A stretch of 64,000 bases of DNA from Octopus vulgaris (taxonomy: Eukaryota), in assembly GCA_951406725.2 (NCBI GenBank), contig OX597821.1, positions 109,554,001 through 109,618,000 on the forward strand, read 5' to 3'. The notes under the pieces were generated by a model. It had not been told where the DNA came from. It worked only from the letters and a program-made list of their open reading frames with translations, and did not search any database. Below are positions 63,576 to 64,000 of this stretch, piece after piece; the stretch's first letter is position 1; each line of letters begins with the position of its first letter. Made by a program: the position numbers and the translations under genes.

Positions 63576-64000
63576 TTCCATCTTCGTAACAAGTTCCCAT
63601 GTTGAGCATCGAACTTATAGTTTCCCTATTACTACTTGACAACCGGTGTTGGTATGTCTACGTCCACCTTACGTAGCCGAACGGTAAAACAAACCGATAC
63701 AATAAATACCCGGCATAATAATAAATAAGTACTGGTGTCGATTCATTCGGATAGAGATTCTTCAAGACAGTGCCCCAGCATGGACGCAATCTAAATACTA
63801 AAGAAAAAGATAAAGGATATGGCTGCGAGGTTAAGAAGCTCTCTTTACAACCGAACCGTGTGGATTTGGTTTCAGTTCCTAAGCGCGGTACTTTGGTCGA
63901 CGGAATTGTGCGGAAAGTTGTCGTGTGTGTGTGTGTGTGTGCGTGTGTGTATGTTTATGTGTATGTGTGTGTTTGTGTGTGAGCATATGTGTATGTGTGT

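Overview
Repeat-saturated, AT-rich eukaryotic DNA. The SINE repertoire and extreme microsatellite load point to an octopus/coleoid cephalopod intron or intergenic region (inference). No host protein-coding gene can be supported, and almost all ORFs in the track are translations of microsatellites or SINEs. Recognisable content: a 5'-truncated CR1/L2-group LINE with an open RT ORF (7122-8303); CR1, R4/Dong, CRE and Tx1-like LINE remnants; a TIR-bounded mellifera-type mariner pseudogene plus a second mariner remnant; hAT-Charlie and Tigger MITEs with TSDs; dozens of tRNA-derived SINEs from at least 5 families; and a tRNA-Arg(UCG) whose 5' acceptor strand is replaced by microsatellite. The most striking hidden layer is about 15 loci carrying minimal type I hammerhead-ribozyme motifs of several unrelated sequence families. 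They sit on short non-coding elements embedded in (TA)n/(ATT)n tracts, several as fold-back palindromes with a ribozyme on each strand, and three have a greatly extended stem II and a palindromic ACAGCUGU stem III. This looks like a diverse non-autonomous Penelope-like/retrozyme system. The LINE 3' end and the dominant SINE also share a covarying stem-loop. All alignments and folds were done by eye; family names come from remembered consensus motifs, not database searches.
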